DNA of 64,000 nt from Azolla caroliniana (lineage: Eukaryota; Plantae; Polypodiophyta): NCBI GenBank assembly GCA_043228905.1, contig JBHGNT010000015.1, positions 9,486,001 through 9,550,000 on the forward strand, in the 5' to 3' direction. Positions 59,937 to 64,000 of the stretch are shown piece by piece (the first letter of the stretch is position 1; each line of letters opens with the position of its first letter). The position numbers and the translations under genes are program-made. The notes below the pieces were generated by a model. That model did no database searches, was not told the DNA's origin, and saw only the letters and a list, made by a program, of their open reading frames with translations.

Positions 59937-62619
59937 ATGCAACACGTTATTTCCTTAAAACCTATTTCTGCAACGTCTATTTCACCACAGAGAGAAAAGT
60001 GTATCCGTGTTGAAAGTTTTTCTGCTCTGCCTCACCATAGCTTGAAGCTTTCTTCGCCTCCAAGACAGAACTTCGATTCATCAGACGATGACGACAATAT
60101 GGCGATTTATGTTTCTGACAACTTGCAACAATGGCTCATCAACAAAAACCTACAAGGTTTCATCAAAGTTGCAGAGGCAAAACCTCACCCTCGTGCTGCA
60201 AAGATCCTGCTGCAAATCGACGTATCCAAAATCATCAATAAAAAGGTACGTTCTATTTTGGAATTCAAAAGAGAAGGTTTCGATGTTATCTAGATAATGG
60301 ACAAGGATGTGCTCAGGTCATATTTCGAGGAATATTCTCCCTCTGCGAAGGCTTTTCAAACGCAAGGAGGCGCCGATGAATTTTTTCATGAAGTCGCCAG
60401 ATTTTTGTTGGAAGTAGGGTTTGTAAGTCCCTGGTTTTATTGTATGCCCAAGAAACGGGCCGGATTCATAATCTCCACATACGAGGGTGAAATTTTTGAT
60501 TGGGGATTGCTGTTAGCAAACGCTCTACGAGAGCAATTGTATGGGGTGCAGCAAGGGAAACCAATGAAACCAATATTTGCTCGTTGGTTGTCAGTATTGT
60601 TTCTGTCTTAGAGATTAGAAAACCAACCGAAAGAACAAAGGCCGCCACAACTACAAGCGCCCCGACCCCGAAGACAAGTGCAATAGGAAGAGTGGTAGGA
60701 AGAAGAATCGACGCATGTCAACACCACTCAATCAGAACCCGAAAAGCAACCGGCCTCACCACAACCACAACCTCAAAAACAACCCGCCACGCAGCCAGAA
60801 TCTCGACAACAACCGGACCCCAAGACCACTACACCACTGCAGTCACAAACACAACAAAAATCGACACCTGTCGGAACTGAACACACAACGGCCGCGAAGG
60901 ATGAAACAAAGATCCCAATGATTTTCTCAAACTTAGTAGGAGGAGCTTGCGCAGAAGAAACAAAGAATCAACAATAAAGCCACACATAGTGCACAAATAC
61001 CTCGCGTCAATCCTAATGATACGACCAAAGTTCAAAAAGGGCAGTCGTCAATAACAACGGCAAGAGAAGTAGTAGGCTTTGCCGACATTCCTCCAACAGC
61101 ACTTGAACTGGCAGCTATTCTACAATTCGGAACATCGTATGAGCTAGTAGAATGGTTAGCACGAAAATTACAGGAGGTATCGGAAAGAATGGCACAGGAA
61201 CAAAAGGATCAAATAATGATCCAAAAGTCATTGAGTGGAGCTGTTGAGCCGCGAGAACAACATGAATTAGATCAAATCGGCCAACATTGTAGTGCGAGAA
61301 ACAAGGGCGAGGCTATACAGATGCCACCATTACATGAGGCTCTGGTGGAAGTACATTGAGAATATGAAAAGGCCAGCCGAGCAGCCAAAGATATGGCTGA
61401 TTTATACAAAAAATCATCAGCGGCATCAGAAGTGCTAAATGCACAATGTACAAACATGAAAATGGAAAACCTGCAGTTGACGGAACAACTCTTACAAGTA
61501 GAAGAGCAACTGCAGAAAACAAGGGATGAACTATTGCAGAAGGAGTCAAGCAGACCTTTGGAGGCTGATCAAGAATTGCAACAAAAGCTACAACAAGTAG
61601 AAGCAGCATTCAAGGCGGCGGAAGCTAGAGCTGAAAAAGCTAAAACCCGATCCAAGAAACTAGAGGATCGGATACAACTAGCAAAGACGGAAATCGTAAA
61701 ATGGCTCAATGCAAAGGATGAATTGATTCAACAGCTGCGCCGAAAGTTAGCACAGCAACAGGAAGCCACGCGCCAAAACGTTGAGCAAGTGGAGGAGCTT
61801 GAAGACTATGTAAATGTACAAACAGAATATTTTGCAAAAGAGATGGTCGGAAAAGACACCTTGCTAAATGAAATCGACGAAAAATATAATAAATAGCAGG
61901 AAGAATGGGAAGTAGCTAGGGCAACTCTGGAAAAACGGTGTTCAGAAGTGGAAGTTATGTATGAAAAAAGGCGAGTTGACCTATTACTCACACAAAACAA
62001 GTTGTTGCAAACAGAAGCAGAAAATAATGCTCGAATTGATGATTTACGAAGAACATTGGCAGCAGCGCAGTTTCAGGCAAGTATAACCGAGGAAAAAATT
62101 CGAGCTATCCCAAAACGCCATAAGCTTAACACCTTGAAAATGGTGAATGAGTCCATCGATAAGGGCTGGAAAACTTGGTCGGCACAAGCAGCCAAACTTC
62201 AGTTGTTACGGGCCGGCAGGGACAATAGGAAGGCTCACGGCGAAGGTTTCTTCAAAATGACAGAAGAGGCAATATCAACTGTTCAAGAGGATATTGCTAA
62301 AGACTTGTATGAGATAGTAGCTTGCCACCGAGAAGAAGTTAGTCGAATTATGCAAGAATTCGACAAACAAGATGTCGACACAGCTGTCCAGCTAGATAAC
62401 CTTGAATCTGAAAGGCGTAACCAAACCCCAAGACTTGGAGCACCGGAAACAAAGAAACCAAGGCCATCGACCGAAGATACAAACACGTTTACAGAAACCG
62501 AAGACGAAGACGAAGACGAAGAAGACATGCCCCAACCAGAACCTTCATTGCTCGATATTCTGCAGGATGACGTGGACGACGATTTAGACGAGGACCTTCC
62601 GTCAGAACTACAGGAGTAG
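59937..62619 (+). pseudogene. Extra sense ORF3 (~890 codons reconstructed): globular N-domain, P/Q linker, long coiled coil, conserved C-domain, acidic tail
   Basis: ORF pieces 59937-60293, 60297-60611, 61393-61896 and 61948-62619 are collinear and homologous to 24286-17995. Confidence 0.85.
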
Positions 62620-62623
62620 AAGG

Positions 62624-62669
62624 GGTACTGTGGGTTCGTCGGGCAAGACCCTGGCCCACGGGTGTGCCA
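62624..62669 (+). other. tRNA-3'-end-like hairpin ending in CCA at the position of the PPT; equivalent at 23123-23168
   Basis: GGTACTGTGGGTTCGTCGGGCAAGACCCTGGCCCACGGGTGTGCCA, 2 nt before the 3' LTR. Confidence 0.75.
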
Positions 62670-63616
62670 AGTGTTACCAAAACAAGTGGGAAAGTGTCGA
62701 AGTCAGAAATGTCGAAGGTTTGAAGTCGGAATCGGAGTCGGATCGGTATAGAGGATCGATGAGTCAGCATTTGCCGTAGAAATTATAGTTAGTTAGAGAT
62801 TTTGTAGTTGTTGCCTTTTTGGCAATATGTTTTCTTGATGAGGAAGCCCTTCCGGTTGCCTATAAAAGGAATCGAAGGCAGTGTAAAGAGACATCGTTTT
62901 ATTTAGTAATATAAAGTTAGTTTAGGAAATCTCTGTGTACGAAACACTCTGTCAATCTATTTCCTTTCTGTCATAACTTAATACGTAAATAGCGATCTCG
63001 ATGTTTACAGCCATTTTAGTATCTATTCGTCTAAACCACAATTCATTGGTAGAACGTTCGATGAGCAACGTTCGACTTATACTGTGTCAGCAATAGTTAT
63101 TGTCGACCGAACACACATCCGATTTCCATCCAGATGGGTCCTTGTATCTTTCAATCGATCTTTTTCGGTCATCCTGGAGTCCGTTGTCTTCTTCTCCGAC
63201 TCCCAATCAGCAATGGCCTTGTCTTCCATGAAGACTATGTCTCGACTCCGAAAGACCTTCTTGTCTACCAAGTCCCACACTCGATAACTAAACTCATCAT
63301 CGCCGTATCCAAGGAATATGCACGATCGGGATTTCGGCTCCAGTTTCCCTGTCTTGTCCTTTGCTACATGCACGTGAGCGAGTCAACCGAACACCTTCAG
63401 ATGTTGGTAAGACACGTCTTTATCAGTCCATACTCTATGTGGTGTATCTCCTTCCAAGGGTGCTGAGGGTGATCTATTTATCACAAATGTCGTTGTCATT
63501 AGCGCCTCCGCCCAAAACTTCTTGGGCAGCTTAGCATGTGGTAAGATGCTTTGGACTCTCTCCATCATCGTTCGGTTCATCCTTTTGGCCAATCCGTTCA
63601 GCTCTAGTGTCTTCGA

Positions 63617-64000
63617 TGTTGAGAAGCAAGCTCAACAAAGGTATGTGATGCTTATTGAGAAATAAGCTATAGTAGCTATTAGCTAATTACCTACTTGTGG
63701 ACATAAAGGTGAAACAACTATTTAGCTATGCACAATTATTTAGCTATTGGCAGCTAATTAGCTGCATATATAAGTCACTTATATACTTAGGTAAAAAGTA
63801 AGTGTAGTATTTAGTAGAGTAGTGAGAGTAGAGAGTTGTAAGAACAGAAAACTGACGAGAGCAAGTTGAGCTTTGCGTGTAATGGAATAGAAGCTTTTGT
63901 TTTGCTACAGAGGTAAGTCTCCTTCCCCTTCTTTTTTGTCTTGAGCACTAAACAATCCAACACATCACGATCCGTTGTGCACACAGAAGAGCCGTAGTGC
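63617..64000. mobile_element. Probable LTR of another element inserted in the copia integrase, running off the window
   Basis: Abrupt switch at TGTTGAGAAG to AT-rich sequence with TAGCTA repeats and TATATAA. Confidence 0.6.

Larger units (their letters stand above)
54085..63115 (+). mobile_element. Full-length (9 kb) non-chromoviral Ty3/gypsy element with extra ORF; LTRs 54085-54564 and 62672-63115
   Basis: TGTTAC..ACA LTRs; 5-bp TSD CATCT/CATCC; PBS TGGCATGCCCGGT at 54576; gag-PR-RT-RH-INT then ORF3. Confidence 0.96.
51715..63616 (-). mobile_element. Ty1/copia (same family as 46620-50066) with 3' LTR 51715-~52276, split by the gypsy insertion
   Basis: LLLYVDDMLI, QLDVKTTFLHG, YHSRTKHI; integrase resumes at 63116-63616 (KLEPKSRSCIFLGYG); PPT GTGAAGGGGGAG. 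Confidence 0.92.

Overview
Eukaryotic, heavily methylation-decayed land-plant nuclear DNA, most likely a fern or other non-seed vascular plant (inferred from the PPR architecture and transposon families). About 85% is nested retroelement sequence. There are only two host genes, arranged tail-to-tail: an intronless PLS-class PPR gene (3333-4934, +) and a 4-exon organelle-targeted single-RRM gene (13616-12772, -) that the ORF track splits up. The rest comprises Ty1/copia copies and remnants, an L1-type LINE, a chromovirus remnant, a non-autonomous hAT element carrying an RTE/RTEX-like LINE, and two distinctive Ty3/gypsy groups. (1) Non-chromoviral elements: a full-length copy at 54085-63115, a broken and inverted copy at 15732-29075, and a non-autonomous derivative at 20682-23696. 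The two autonomous copies carry a large extra coiled-coil ORF. In the two copies with an intact 3' end, the polypurine tract is replaced by a hairpin ending in a tRNA-like ...CCCACGGG(C/T)GTGCCA immediately before the 3' LTR; this is the best candidate for an undescribed mechanism. (2) A TGTC...GACA LTR group with 4-bp, mostly CG-centred target sites, whose LTRs contain tRNA-like A/B-box modules. All calls were made by eye. tRNA isotype and lineage names come from recalled sequences and need database confirmation.
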